This document shows, in pieces, positions 1-12,423 of a stretch of DNA of 64,000 nt (position 1 is its first letter; the number at the start of each line of letters is the position of its first letter). The position numbers and the translations under genes were made by a program. Source of the DNA: Octopus sinensis. Taxonomy: Eukaryota. The notes below the pieces were generated by a model that did no database searches, was not told the DNA's origin, and saw nothing but the letters and a program-made list of their open reading frames with translations. The stretch spans positions 42,904,001 to 42,968,000 of the forward strand of contig NC_043010.1 of assembly GCF_006345805.1 (NCBI RefSeq). The letters run 5' to 3'.

Positions 1-57
1 TTCTTTACCTAACATTGCAAACTGAGTCCACACATTAGCTTTGTCTTCCAATTACAG

Positions 58-256
58 CAGTGGTTCCCAAACTATGAGTCGCGACCCAGAGATGGGTCGC
101 GAATGGAATCTTAGTGTGTCGCAAAAAGTTATAAAATTACGCATTAGCTTTGATTAACTGCTGTCTACCGAGATAGTTCAAGTAGAGTTAAGTGGGTCGT
201 CATAAACTGGTGTGATAAATAGTGGGTTGCGACTCTAAAAAGTTTGGGAACCACTG
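58..256. mobile_element. hAT-superfamily MITE
   Basis: TIRs CAGTGGTTCCCAAACT (58-73) / AGTTTGGGAACCACTG (241-256); perfect 8-bp TSD AATTACAG (50-57, 257-264). Confidence 0.93.
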
Positions 257-1212
257 AATTACAGTATTTCAATTACTTTGTGTCTTTCACAAATATTAAT
301 CATAATTTTCTACAATGACCTAACCATTTTAACCACTGCTCTGCACAATGATTATATTGGTCATCTACGGCCTATTTTTAAAAATCTATGTATTTCTCTT
401 TGTTGAGAGTTTTAACTCAGGATCTATATTTTTAACTGATGGCTTTTAATACATTTATGCACATAGTCAAAGACATGGAAGTACTTACTTTACAGTTGAA
501 ATTAAGCTCTATAGTTTAAATCCACTCTACAGGTATCTTGTAACAAAGCGCCGGAAATGAATGGAGGCTGGAATGATTGAAAAAGTCAAGCGCAAAAGTC
601 ATTAATTTCAGAATTTTATTTTATCTGTAAATAACATAAAATTTGATTTGTAATTATAATTTCTTATTTTCATCTGCTTTATTTCTATTATTCATCATTG
701 TTTTTTTAATACATTTTTTCCAGATAACCATATCACCGATTGAACGGCTAAACCTGTTGTCAGATCAACCTGATTGTTATTCAAGACTATTATCAATGGA
801 GTTTATGAATATCTTAACATGAATTCCATTGCCATTTATAGCCAGCTTCTATATCTGGTTTGGTATTAAAATGATAATTATAAGAAATTTAGTTAAGAGT
901 CCATGAAAATGAGGCTGAAGAAGAAAATGTGTTTCAGAAAGTGATGAAGTGATGAGACAGCTACATGACAAAATTCATATACCTGACAGATTCTTCTTTT
1001 GTTATTCCGCATCAAATGAAATTTTACACATGAAGTAAGAGTCTCATAGGGGAGTTGAAGTAATTCCTCTTTCTGATGTCGTTTTATATATTCCTCTCAG
1101 AACATGTCTAACTCAACACTTGAATGCTTATCTGTATAGGTATGCATGATTGCTTACCTTCATACTTTTAAAATGTGACACCAAGTTTCACAATCTGAAT
1201 AGGGTATAATAT

Positions 1213-1428
1213 TGGTTTCAAATTTTGGCACAAGGCCAGCAATTTCAGGGGAGGAGGTAAGTTAATTACATCAGCCACAGTGCTCAATTGGTTCTTATTT
1301 TATTGACCCCTAAAAGGACGAAAGGCAAAGTTGACCTAGCAGAATTTGAACTCAGAACATGAAGACAGACAAAATGTCACCAAGCATTTTGCTTGGTGTG
1401 TTAATGATCCTGCCAGCTCTCCACCTTG
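1213..1428 (-). mobile_element. old tRNA-derived SINE copy (CpG-decayed)
   Basis: Aligns by eye to the young SINE copies at 7819 and 58990; nearly all CpGs mutated. Confidence 0.85.
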
Positions 1429-1951
1429 AATAGAGTATAATATTGATGAAAGAGTATATATGTTTATAGATTACTCTCAGTAATTATTTCTCATCCATAC
1501 ATTATTATTTTTTGTAAGATTTTATTTATATTGAAAAAATTTGTAAACATTTCTTTTTTTCATTTTTCTTTTCAAACCTTTCTCAAAATTTGATATAATA
1601 ATTACTGTTATAATATAATACTGTTATTTTCCATTGTTCCCTGTCCTGTTTTCTTTCCAATCACTAACCTAAAATAATTCAATTTAAACATTAATCATAT
1701 CCCAATCTCACTTATTATCAATATCTACAAATTTAGATGGTCCTATAAAGGATGTAGGCACTGTCTCTAGTGTCCCAAACAAGTGTAATAAAAGGAAAAA
1801 AATGTTTCAGTAACTCTTTCAACTAGATTTTAGATTTAATGAAATAACTTGTAATTGAATTTATTAGTATTACTTAAATCTTGATTAAAGCCTATATTTA
1901 GTTTTATTTCTGTTTTGTTTTAAATAATCAAATATTTCAAGAAAATTCACC

Positions 1952-3430
1952 ATGAATCATATGATACCATCAAATATTCCTAACTTTGACTTGGTTGATT
2001 CTATTCATGGTGTAGAACGGTCACATAGTTGTGAAATTTGTGGAAAAGGTTTCACTTGTTACGACAACCTTGAGCAACATAAAGGGACACACCAAATGGA
2101 TAAATCTTTTAACTGTGACACATGTGGTAAAGTTTTTAGTCAAGAGTATCATCTAAAACAACATCAAATGGTACACACGAGAGAAAAGCCTTTGAAATGT
2201 AATGTTTGTGGGAGTATCTTTTCTCGTAATGGAGACTTGACACGTCACATGCGAACTCACAGAGTTCCAATAACCACCACTTTCAGCAGTAGTAGTGTTT
2301 CTTGTAACCATCAACATACTGACAAATCTTTTAAATGTCATATATGTGGCTGTATATTTTCTCGAAATGGAAATCTTACACGCCACATGCGAACACATGT
2401 TAACACCACAACTCACTCTCGTATGAGCAATACTACTGTTTACCAACATCATCTCGCTGAGAAGAATTTTAAATGCAGTATCTGTGGCTGTGCTTTTTCT
2501 CGTAAAGGAGATCTAACAAGGCATTTTAGAAGTCATGATGCTGTCATTATTCCAAGAAGTAATGCACCTACAAATGTAAGCAGTATGCAAAAATATCAAA
2601 GTCCTAAAAACCCATTCAATTGTAAGGCTTGCTGGAAGGCTTTCACAGAGCACTCTGATGGTGAAGTACATGAACGTATACATGCGGCACTACTGCCATT
2701 CAAATGTGGAATTTGTGGTAAAGCCTTCCATGATAATAGCACACTTGAACGGCACAGAAGAACACATACAAATGAAAAAATGTTCAGCTGTGATATTTGT
2801 CTGAAGTCTTTTACTCAGAAGTCATCACTAAAGTTGCACAAACGTACTCATACTGGGGAGCGCCCCTTTAAATGCAACATATGTGGTTTTGCATTTTCTC
2901 GAAAAGATCATCTTGAGAGGCATCAGAAAACTAATAATGGTGACAGAAAACTGAGCTGTGTTCCTCAACACCTGCAGCGATCACCACGACAACAACAACA
3001 ACAGGCAATTCAATCACCCCAGAATCAACAATTCATTTCCATTGATATTCATCAGTCTCAGCTGAATGTATCCCAGTCACAAACTTCACAGCAACAATCA
3101 CAAACTCCACAACTCACAAATATATCACCTCAGCAGCAAGATCTACAAAAAAACACACAACATACAAATATGTCATCCCATCAAAACTCACAACACACAG
3201 ATATGCCACAACAATCCATATCACAACCATCTGATATGCCACAAGCTCCACAACATGCAGACCTTCCTCAGTCACAACAAGGTTCACAACATACAGACCT
3301 ACCACCACCTCAAGGTTCACAAGACTCAGATCTGACTCCATCACAACAGCCAAATTCACAAGTTCCAGACATGCCAACACCACAACCAGATTCACAACAC
3401 ACTGATGTACCACATTATATGAACATATGA
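1952..3430 (+). CDS. C2H2 zinc-finger protein ZNF-A (492 aa; 9 fingers, last one lacking the final His; Q-rich C-terminus)
   Basis: Intact ORF with C-x2-C...H-x3-H motifs and TGERP/TNEKM-type linkers; TTCACCATG start context; AG acceptor-like site at 1940-1941; AATAAA at 3837-3842. Confidence 0.95.
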   Translation: MNHMIPSNIPNFDLVDSIHGVERSHSCEICGKGFTCYDNLEQHKGTHQMDKSFNCDTCGKVFSQEYHLKQHQMVHTREKPLKCNVCGSIFSRNGDLTRHMRTHRVPITTTFSSSSVSCNHQHTDKSFKCHICGCIFSRNGNLTRHMRTHVNTTTHSRMSNTTVYQHHLAEKNFKCSICGCAFSRKGDLTRHFRSHDAVIIPRSNAPTNVSSMQKYQSPKNPFNCKACWKAFTEHSDGEVHERIHAALLPFKCGICGKAFHDNSTLERHRRTHTNEKMFSCDICLKSFTQKSSLKLHKRTHTGERPFKCNICGFAFSRKDHLERHQKTNNGDRKLSCVPQHLQRSPRQQQQQAIQSPQNQQFISIDIHQSQLNVSQSQTSQQQSQTPQLTNISPQQQDLQKNTQHTNMSSHQNSQHTDMPQQSISQPSDMPQAPQHADLPQSQQGSQHTDLPPPQGSQDSDLTPSQQPNSQVPDMPTPQPDSQHTDVPHYMNI

Positions 3431-4388
3431 AAATAGTTTAGTTGTTAATTTGAATTATCAGGAATTGTATTTGTCTATCATTTTAAAGATTCTCACCAGT
3501 TCCTTTTGCATGCATGACATGACATTAAACTGATATAGTTCATTGAATTTGGGGTATGTTGGAACATTATGGCACTTGTTTTTAACTACATTATATAGAA
3601 GACATTTATTGCAAAGTGTGATAAAAATTTCTTGAGTTATGAAGACATTTGAGATGCTTTGCTTGAGGTGCTAAGTTATTCTAAATAAGACAGAATTAAG
3701 CAAAAAATGTCACAAACATGTGAAGAGTAAATGTCATTAAAATTTACATATCATTTCTTGCCATTGGAAGATGGTAATTATGAAATAAATTGTTGGGAAA
3801 AGTTGAATATGATGAAACTTTGGTAAGATCTGTTGTAATAAACGTTAAATTTCATCACAACTATTGTTCATATTGCACCTGTTAAATTTCTGTTGTATTC
3901 ACATTTTCTCTACAGTTTTTAAATGCTTTTTACTGTGGAATAATGGAACTTGTCATCATATAGAAAATCATTGTTAAGTTTTGTTCAGCATATATTTTCT
4001 CTGTTACAAATTAGACATGATTAAGATAACATAATTTTCTATAATTCCAACCCCATATAAATTGCATGTGTGTGTATATCAGTATGTATGTATTACATAA
4101 ATGTTTTGTATTACATATATATAAATTTAAGTCACAGTATATAGATTCAAGTAATCTGGTTGCACTCATAAAAAAAGCTCCTTAATGTATCATTCTACAA
4201 AACATATAGAATATATAGTACAATACAAGGGAAAACCACAAGGAGTGTATAAAGTCATAAATGACAGAGAAATAGTTTGATGAAATTTTCATCATCATCA
4301 TCGTTTAACATCTGTTGCAGGGCAGCAATGCAATTGAATAATGGGTATGAGTGGGGGTAAAGCAGAAATTTACTTGTAATTAATAAGG

Positions 4389-4651
4389 CAAATAAGAAAA
4401 TGGAGAAGACAATGAATTGACAAACATCAGCCTGTTTCATTTGGATCTGTTTATTAATTAATTACAATCATATGTATAAGTAATCAAAATAAATAAACAA
4501 GTAAATAAATAAATTTATTTATTTACTTGTTTATTTGTTTATTTATTTTGATTAGTTATACATAGGATTGTAATTAATTTATAAATAGATCCAAATGAAT
4601 GTTTACAGGCTGATGTTTGTCAGTTGATTGTCCTCTCCATTTTCTTATTTG
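4389..4651. repeat. 263-bp zero-spacer inverted repeat (fold-back palindrome)
   Basis: Arms 4389-4513 and 4514-4651 are reverse complements, with a few substitutions and two indels (8 and ~5 nt). Confidence 0.95.
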
Positions 4652-4689
4652 TGTTATATATATATATATTATTTATATATATGTGTGTG

Positions 4690-4845
4690 TGTTTATATGT
4701 TTGTGTGTCTGTGTTTACATCCCTATAACTTAGCAGTTTAGCAAAAGAAACTGATAGAGTAAGTCCTGGGGTTGATTTGCTTGCCTAAAGGGTGGTGCTC
4801 CTGCATGGCAACAGCCAAATGAAATGAGTGAAACAAGTAAAAGAA
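4690..4845 (+). mobile_element. SINE 3' portion (...AAGTCCTGGGGTTGATT...GAAACAAGTAAAAGA family)
   Basis: Same family as 24150-24355, 24960-25115 and 60470-60670. Confidence 0.75.
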
Positions 4846-4868
4846 TATATATATATATATATATAATA

Positions 4869-5377
4869 TACGAGATAGTATCAAAAAGCTCCTGGGACTA
4901 GTTATGTTTAATAGAAAATAAGTTATTTACTTAAGAAATAGTCATCACCTTGCACAGCTATACACTGGTCCCAGTGTTCCTGCCACTTTTGGAATCCGAC
5001 TTTGATGTTGTTTTCCATAGGTCAGTCAAGGACCTTCTACGATTTGCTCTGGATTTTGACAACGGTGTTAAAACAATGACCTTTGAGCTGCCTTTTCATC
5101 TTGGGGAAGAGATGGAAGTCTGCAGGTGCTAAACCTGGCAAACAGGGCAGGCGTGGAAGTATTATCATGTTGATTTTGGTGAGAAACTCACGAGTGAGGA
5201 GAGCTCAGTGACAGGGTGCATTGTTGTGAAGAAACCAATTCTTTGCGCTCAACAGATCCAGTCAGTTTCGCTGAATGTCTTCGTGAAACTCTTCAAAACA
5301 TCACAGTAGAACTCTTGATTGATGGTCTGGCCTGGGGGATAAATTTTTGATGCACAATACCATGGATGTCAAAAAAA
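4869..5377 (-). mobile_element. mariner transposase C-terminal relic with terminal inverted repeat
   Basis: Minus-strand translation FFDIHGIVHQKFIP.GQTINQEFY...APADFHLFPKMKRQLKG...FQKWQEHWDQCI with stops and frameshifts; TA-CGAGATAGTATCAAAAAGCTCC end resembles a mariner TIR. Confidence 0.88.
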
Positions 5378-7818
5378 CTGCTGCTACTACTACTACTACT
5401 ACTAGCTTAGTAGTAGCTTAAAGTTATGTGAGGCTGCTAGTTCATTTTTTTATATCTTGAAACTTTACTTTTTAAACTTGACCATAAACTTGGATACCCT
5501 CAAAATATATTTTTGATGTTTAATATGTAACTTTGATTGTCATACTGGAAGGACTACAAAAGCCTCGGGCACTGTCTTTCAAAATTGACAAGCTTCCAAA
5601 AAAACAAAAACTTTGCTGTTCTCTCTAACTCAAAATACTTCTTTGTCCATTATTGTATCCTACCTACTTGAACTTTGAAAATGACCATTCACTTGTGGAA
5701 TTTCTTGCCATAAGATCCAAGATAAGTAAGGTGATTTCTGTATTTGGAAAAGATTTCAAGCCATAGTTCATTATAAAGTTTCAAGACTGAAGTTTCAAAG
5801 AATCTTGATCTGTGCCAAGTTAAAGAATATGGAACTGGACTGGTTTTGCAAAAATTGCTGAATGTTAAAAACTCTTTCTTTCATGCTTGTAAGTTTTCAG
5901 GATATACAGCTACAGGATCAGAAGGCCTCTTTACATTTTATTTCGATGTAAGTTACTCTAGAAAATGAAGGATATCAAAATGTAATTTCGCAAATGTTTA
6001 TAAACTACCTGGTTGTTTAGCTTTATGCCCACCCTAATCAAAACAGACCTATGATCAAAGGCCCCTATTTTTTAGATCTATATTGTCCAAGGTATTTTTT
6101 TTTTTTACCAAAGAACTTTAAGATGTTATTTATGGCAAATTTGGCTACTCTTTTCAGCCGGTTAAGTAACTACATAGAAGCTCCCAAATTTTTAGAAGGA
6201 TTTGAGTTTCAGCAATAATGCCAGTGTCAGACAAATCAGCATACTCCCAAATTCAGGTTGTCTTCAAGATTTTGCTTGTGTCTATCACTGATAAGTTTTT
6301 ATACCCTCCAAAAGTGGTTCATATCATTTGCTTATACTCATGCAGTGATTAATTGGGTGTTCTGATTGTGATTAAATTCTGGTTTGCAAATTAGTGAAGG
6401 TGATAGTAAGACAACGTTTGTAGTGAATTTGAAGATTTTTAGCTGTGTGATGTTCATGAGTAACAAGATTAGTGATATAATAATGTCAACCAGACTACTG
6501 GATGTTGTTAGGCACCACTTGTTACAATGCAATTTGCATCATTCTAGCTTTTCAATGATGTCTTCTTCCTGGCTAGGCAGCCAGGCCAACATTCCCCTTG
6601 AACAGACCATCAGCCTGTCCCAGCATTACCCATTAACTGGAGTGACATGACATGAAGTGTTTTGCTCAAGAACGCAACATACAACTGGTCTAGGAATTGA
6701 AACTACAACCTTGCAATCATGAGTGCAATACTATAACCACTAGGCTATGCACTTTAACTTGTATCAATATAAAATCCTTAAATTTTGATATATTGTAAAA
6801 TTTCACTTAAAAAAAAGTAAGATAGAATAAAAATTCCAGTCTAGATGTTTTTAGCAGAAGAAACCTTTATTTTTGACCAATGTGTGATAGAAAATACCAA
6901 ATTTAACTAAGAAGTTCTTCAATTAAATGTAAAAGGGGATTCAGTTTATAGTTTGCTCTGAGTTATTAAGAAAGTTATTCCCCTGATATCGACACAAACA
7001 TTGTTCAAATGAATCTTTTGAATGTGTTCTATTAACACATTCATCAAATAATAATGTAACACGTGTTTAAAAGATATTTTATCCCCTTGTCATTTTGTAG
7101 AACAGATTTATCTTTCTTTTCTTTTTTTGTTTACATTTCAAGGTTTTTAAGTAGAATCTGAAAGACTGGGTCCCTTTTCCGCTTCACTATACTTAGAACT
7201 TAATATTTATTTAGTGCATTACATTACACTGAATTTTAAGTAATAAGATAAAATGTTTTCTAGCTGCTCATGCTAAAGCAAATTATTCATACCAGTGTTG
7301 CTGTGGCTGCTTCAGATAGACTTATTCTATTCCAAGGAGACACATCATTGCTTATTTCTGATGAAGTTAAGTTAAAAATGTGATCCAAAATAAAAGGATC
7401 AACAAATATTTACATTTTCATGGCTTATCTCCAATAATCTTGTTGAGTTAGTTCTAAAGTGAAGCTGTTGATTGTCTTTCTTATTTTGCACAAAATATTT
7501 TATAAAAGGAACATCATCTAAAATAAATACATAAATAAAAATTTTTAGACAGTTCTGGAATAAAATAATATTTTAGAGATTCCAAATGTTTATAATTAAG
7601 TGATCAGATAGGAGAAAGTTTGAATACAACCCATTATCTATTCAGAGAGTATTTCTTTTACTGAAGACATTATGATTACATGTACCTGAATCTTTCTTTT
7701 ATTTACTGCTTATTGTTCTAATTAATTTATTGCCAGAAACCTGCAAAAAGTTTGGTTATAGCTACCTATGTCATCTGACAGGAACAACCTACTGCTACCA
7801 ACTATTCACTCCCCTTCA

Positions 7819-8051
7819 GGCGGCGAGCTGGCAGAAATGTTAGCACGCCGGGCGAAATGCGTTGCCGTATTTCGTCTGCCGTTACGTTCCGAGTTCAAAT
7901 TCCACCGAGGTCGACTTTGCCTTTCATCCTTCCGGGGTCGATAAATTAAGTACCAGTTACGCACTGGGGTCGATGTAATCGACTTAATCCGTTTGTCTGT
8001 CCTTATTTGTCTCCTCTGTGTTTAGCCCCTTGTGGGTAGTAAAGAAATATA
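7819..8051 (+). mobile_element. young full-length tRNA-derived SINE with 16-bp TSD
   Basis: GGCGGCGAGCTGGCAGAA head, GAGTTCAAATTCC B-box-like motif, TSD TATTCACTCCCCTTCA at 7803-7818 and 8052-8067; family resembles the octopus OR-type SINEs (from memory, unverified). Confidence 0.93.
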
Positions 8052-8633
8052 TATTCACTCCCCTTCATAACACATCAAGGAGATAGATTTTGGTATAGTG
8101 GTAATATAATGTGAAAATACAGACACTAAATGTATGGCTATCTACTTCATTATATAATAATATGTAGAAGTATATCCTGTATCCTGGAAGAATAACCTCT
8201 GACCAACTATATTAACTTATTGTTAATGATATGAAAGCTGGTGAAAACAATTGTAAACAACCACATTTCTTATCATTTGAGCTCTCTTAATGCAGTTATC
8301 ATGCTTTCCTTTGTCATACATATGTGGTTCCTCATTCTTGTAAAGTTCAGTAAACTAATGTTGACCTTGATATTGGCAAAATCTTCAACCAGGTGCAGCA
8401 TAAAAACCTCTTAATATTACTTTTCTATAGGCTTAATCTATATTTTATCTCTTAGTCTGATAGTTTCTTAACAAACAACTACATTACAGCATATGTCAAC
8501 AGAGTTTTTTATATTAAGCCCACATTCTATTTAACTCTAATGTGTCTTCAACGCTAGTCTAATACATGACATTTTGTATAGCACTAGTCCAGCCCTATGC
8601 CCTGTTTGATCATTCAAGATAGCTTATTAAGTG

Positions 8634-8990
8634 AAGGCATGTGGCTTGGTGGTGTTGCGCTCACAATTGCAAGATTGTGGTTTTGATTCTCAAACTGGCT
8701 GTGAAAACTAGATGTTTTTAGCAGAAGAAACCTTTATTTTTGACCAATGTGTGATGGAAAAAAACCCAAATTTAACTAAGAAGTTCTTCAATTAAATGTA
8801 AAAGGGGGTTCAGTTTATAGTTTGCTCTGAGTTATTAAGAAAGTTATTTCATTTCATTGTGTGTAGTTAAAAGTTAAGGCAAATAGTTTGATGATACAGA
8901 CTAGCATTGAAGACACATTAGAGTTAAATAGAATGTGGGCTTAATATAAAAAAACATTTCATTTCACATTACTCAGCTGTAAATGGGTAA
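8634..8990 (+). mobile_element. SINE head split by a ~255-bp insertion of locally copied DNA
   Basis: SINE 5' part 8634-8700 resumes at 8956 (CATTTCATTTCACATT..CTCAGCTGTAAATGGGT); 8708-8848 copies 6841-6979; 8898-8955 is the reverse complement of 8504-8560. Confidence 0.8.
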
Positions 8991-9899
8991 CTTTGTAATG
9001 GATTGATGTGTAAGGGTGAGATATTGATTCAGGAAAATCACCAGAGCAGAGGCCTTGCAAGTTACATTGTATATTCAGTGAGTGAGAAGATGAATTGTAT
9101 AACCTGTACTGTGAATCCTGACTGGTTGAGATTGATTGTTCAACTATAAAGATCAATCAATCAACTGAATTTTCCTGACAGCAAGTATGTTTTACCATGA
9201 CCTGTTGAACAAAGTGACTCCTTCAGCTTGAATAGTTCACAGACATTTCTATTCTAGGTATTTCTATTCATATTCTCTTCCCTTTTATGTCATAATCTAG
9301 CAAACACTCAGGACACCAGAGGCAAAACCCTCCTCTAAATCAATCTAAAATATTCTGAGCAGTTGTTCTATATCACCTACTGGAAATCTGATGTAAAATG
9401 ATTTTCAAGAGAGCAAAGGATAGTTTTATATATTGCATAGACTGAGGTATTTTCTCCTACATAGTTACAGCTGGAAACTTTGATCCCTAACTGAAAGAAT
9501 TTCTAATGACAATAGAGTTCTAGCTGTTATTTTTGAAAACAAATAGTTATGTAGACATTATTGTTGAAGATAAATATAATACATTAACTGTTCTCCAAAC
9601 ACCTTAATATATAATAATGAAATGAATTCTAATTTTTAAAAGAAAAATATCTATTACTTTAAGATAAAATTAAAGAAGATAAATTTCTCATTTTTCTTTT
9701 ATTCCTTTATTCTTTTACATGTTTCAGTAATTTGACTGTGGTCGTGCTGAAACACTACCTTGAAAGGTTTTAGTTGAACAAACTGACCCCAGGACTTATT
9801 TTTTTAAAGCCTAGTACTTATTCTTACAGTTCCTTTTGTCAAACTGCTAAGTTATGGGAGCATAGACACACTAACTGCAGTTGTCAAACAGTGATGGGG

Positions 9900-10110
9900 G
9901 GGACAAACACAGACACAAAGGCACACACAAATAGATACATTCATACATATAAACAATGGGTTTCTCTCAGTTTTCTTCGATCAAATCCACTCACAAGGCA
10001 TTGGTTGGCCTGAGGCTATAGTAGAAGACACTTGCTCAAGGTGCCTCACAGTAGGACTGAACCCAGAACCATGTGGTTGGGAAGCAAGCTTCTTACCACA
10101 CAGCCACGGC
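9900..10110 (-). mobile_element. tRNA-derived SINE (GTGGCTGTGTGGTAAGAAGCTTGCTTCCCAACCACATGGTTC family)
   Basis: Homologous to copies at 23950-24360 (+), 24610-24780 (+) and 36530-36680 (-). Confidence 0.8.
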
Positions 10111-11072
10111 TGTTTAACCTTCTCCCTTAACCAATCTGTCGTTCCCTTTTCTCAACCCTACCACCAAGCCTAGTATGTGTACTCAACCAGCACCTCTTAT
10201 ATTAATTCTCTTTGTATCTTGTTTACTCCCCTTTTCCCTTTCTCAATACTGGAGAAATCAACCAACTGACATTTATAATGAGATACATCATGTATGTGTG
10301 CAAAGTGTATGGATGTATATTTGATTAATTTGTACGGCTAATATATACATGCATGTGAGTGTGTTTGTACGTATGTGTGTGTACATGCACATACGCACAC
10401 ATATGTAGCATGTATGTGTATATGTATGTATTTAGGAATGTATATCCATATAAACTCATATGTACGGAGAGTCTCTGTAGCTCTGAGACTGAAACCAGGA
10501 GTAAGGTCCCTTGTGGTGGTCCAGTGTGCTAAACCCTTGGGGCATTGAACTTTCAGCAATTTTATGGACAAAGGCTTTCAACAATTATCAATAACATTTG
10601 AGAGTAAATAAACATAAACATTCAATTAGTTGGATAATTTATTGAAAATTTAAATACATTGATGAGAATTTAATGACTTTATTAATGTAGAATTGAGAAT
10701 CCTCATAACTAAATAGAATAAGTTTTGGAAGCCTTTCTTAACGTAAATGATTTGATGATTTCACTGAAGGCAGTTCTTCCTGCAACCTAGTCTCAATATT
10801 AAACACTACCAGGTCTATCAATCTCCTCACAAAACTTCTAATAGGTTTAGTTTATTGAAAGATCTTTCAACAGATGCAACCATAAATGGAAATATGTAGG
10901 ATGTATCTAATGTTAATGTGGGACCAAAATTTTCACTAAATTTTGATGTGTATATTTTTTTAATACTTATATAATTTTCTTAATAATTTCATCTTGCATG
11001 AATTCCGAGAAATTGAGTATTTGTCCAATAATTTTGTGGATGTAAGGTTGAATTATGCTTCAATATTAGTTT

Positions 11073-11720
11073 CAAATTTTGGTACAAGGCCAGCAGTTTT
11101 GGGGAAGGAGGTAAGTTGGTTACATCAACCCCAATACTCAACTGGTACTTATTTTATCGACCCCAAAATGATGAAAGAAGGCAGTAGAATTTGAACTCAG
11201 AATGTAAAGACGATGAAAATGCCGTGAAGCATTTTAGTAAAGGTAAGGTTATCTTCTTGAACCCTGCCAACTGGTTTCATGGTGTATAAATTCTCCATCT
11301 GGACAGGATACTGGTCCATCACAGGATTACTCATTTTTGCCAGCTGAGTGGACTTGAGCAACGTGAAATGAAGTGTTTTGCTCAAGAACACTACATTTCT
11401 GGTCCAGGGACCAAAATTACTATCTTACGATCATGAGTCTGACACCATAACCACTAAGCATTTTTTCCTGGCATGCTAACAATTCTGCCAGCTTGCCACC
11501 TTTTCATTGGTTTCAAATATTAGCACAAGGCCTTCAAGTTCAGGGAGGGGTTAAGTTGATTGCATTGACCCTGATAGTTAGATGGTTCTTATTTTATCAA
11601 TCCTGAGAGGATAAAAGGCAAAGCTGAACCTCAGTAGAATTTGAACTCAGAACATAAAGAAGGACGAAATACTGCTAAACATTTTGCCTGGCATGCTAAT
11701 GATTATGCCAGCTCACTGCC
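11073..11720 (-). mobile_element. nested SINE cluster (one SINE family inserted into another, plus an adjacent copy)
   Basis: SINE body 11073-11236 resumes at ~11461 after a different SINE; AAGCATTTT is repeated at both junctions; further copy at 11505-11725. Confidence 0.75.
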
Positions 11721-12423
11721 TTCATTTTATGCTTCAATATTGCTACGCAAAATGTAAGACAATCTAATAATTTGTGTCTGTAGCATCAAACTGATTTGAC
11801 ATACCACCATCCACCAAATCAACACAACAACGAAGACATTTCTTTGGAATTTAGATTTTGGTTCATTAGAATTATCATGAAAATTTTCTTAGATACTCTA
11901 CTTTAGTTCATTATCATCTTTAATGATAATAGTTCTTGCTTTTTTTGTTAGCTATTCTTTTTAATGTGAGAAGAGGCTCAATTTTAACTTTTCCATCTGC
12001 CAATTTTAAATTTGTGACCGCTGCCCATGCAAATCTTCAAGATCTAGAGCTCAACTTTAAGATGGACACTGTATTTCAAACATCTACATCCACTGTAGCA
12101 TGTCTCTCAAGAATGATCTTCTTTCTCCTTTTGATCTGTACATAAGGATGCAAATAAAAAATGACATATTCCATTACGCTTTAGACTTCATTAATGATTT
12201 TTGGTACAAAGCTGAAAGATAGTAGTAGTTTCTTTAGCACAAGTTAAACACCATGGAAACCAAGATAAGTTCTAACCTAATTGGCGAATAGGCTCAAGAC
12301 AGACTTTAACATTACACACATGGGCATTACACACACACATACATGCACATATCTGTGTTGTGGGCATTTTTAATACATGCAATATCTTCAGCAAACAATG
12401 ATTAAAAAATAAACTGAATAAGC

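Noticed and set aside
546-600. GCGCCGGAAATG ETS-like motif as the ZNF-A promoter
   Set aside because: A single short motif; exon structure cannot be supported without transcripts
7819-7900. tRNA gene
   Set aside because: It is the tRNA-derived head of a SINE, with a SINE body and TSD and no complete cloverleaf
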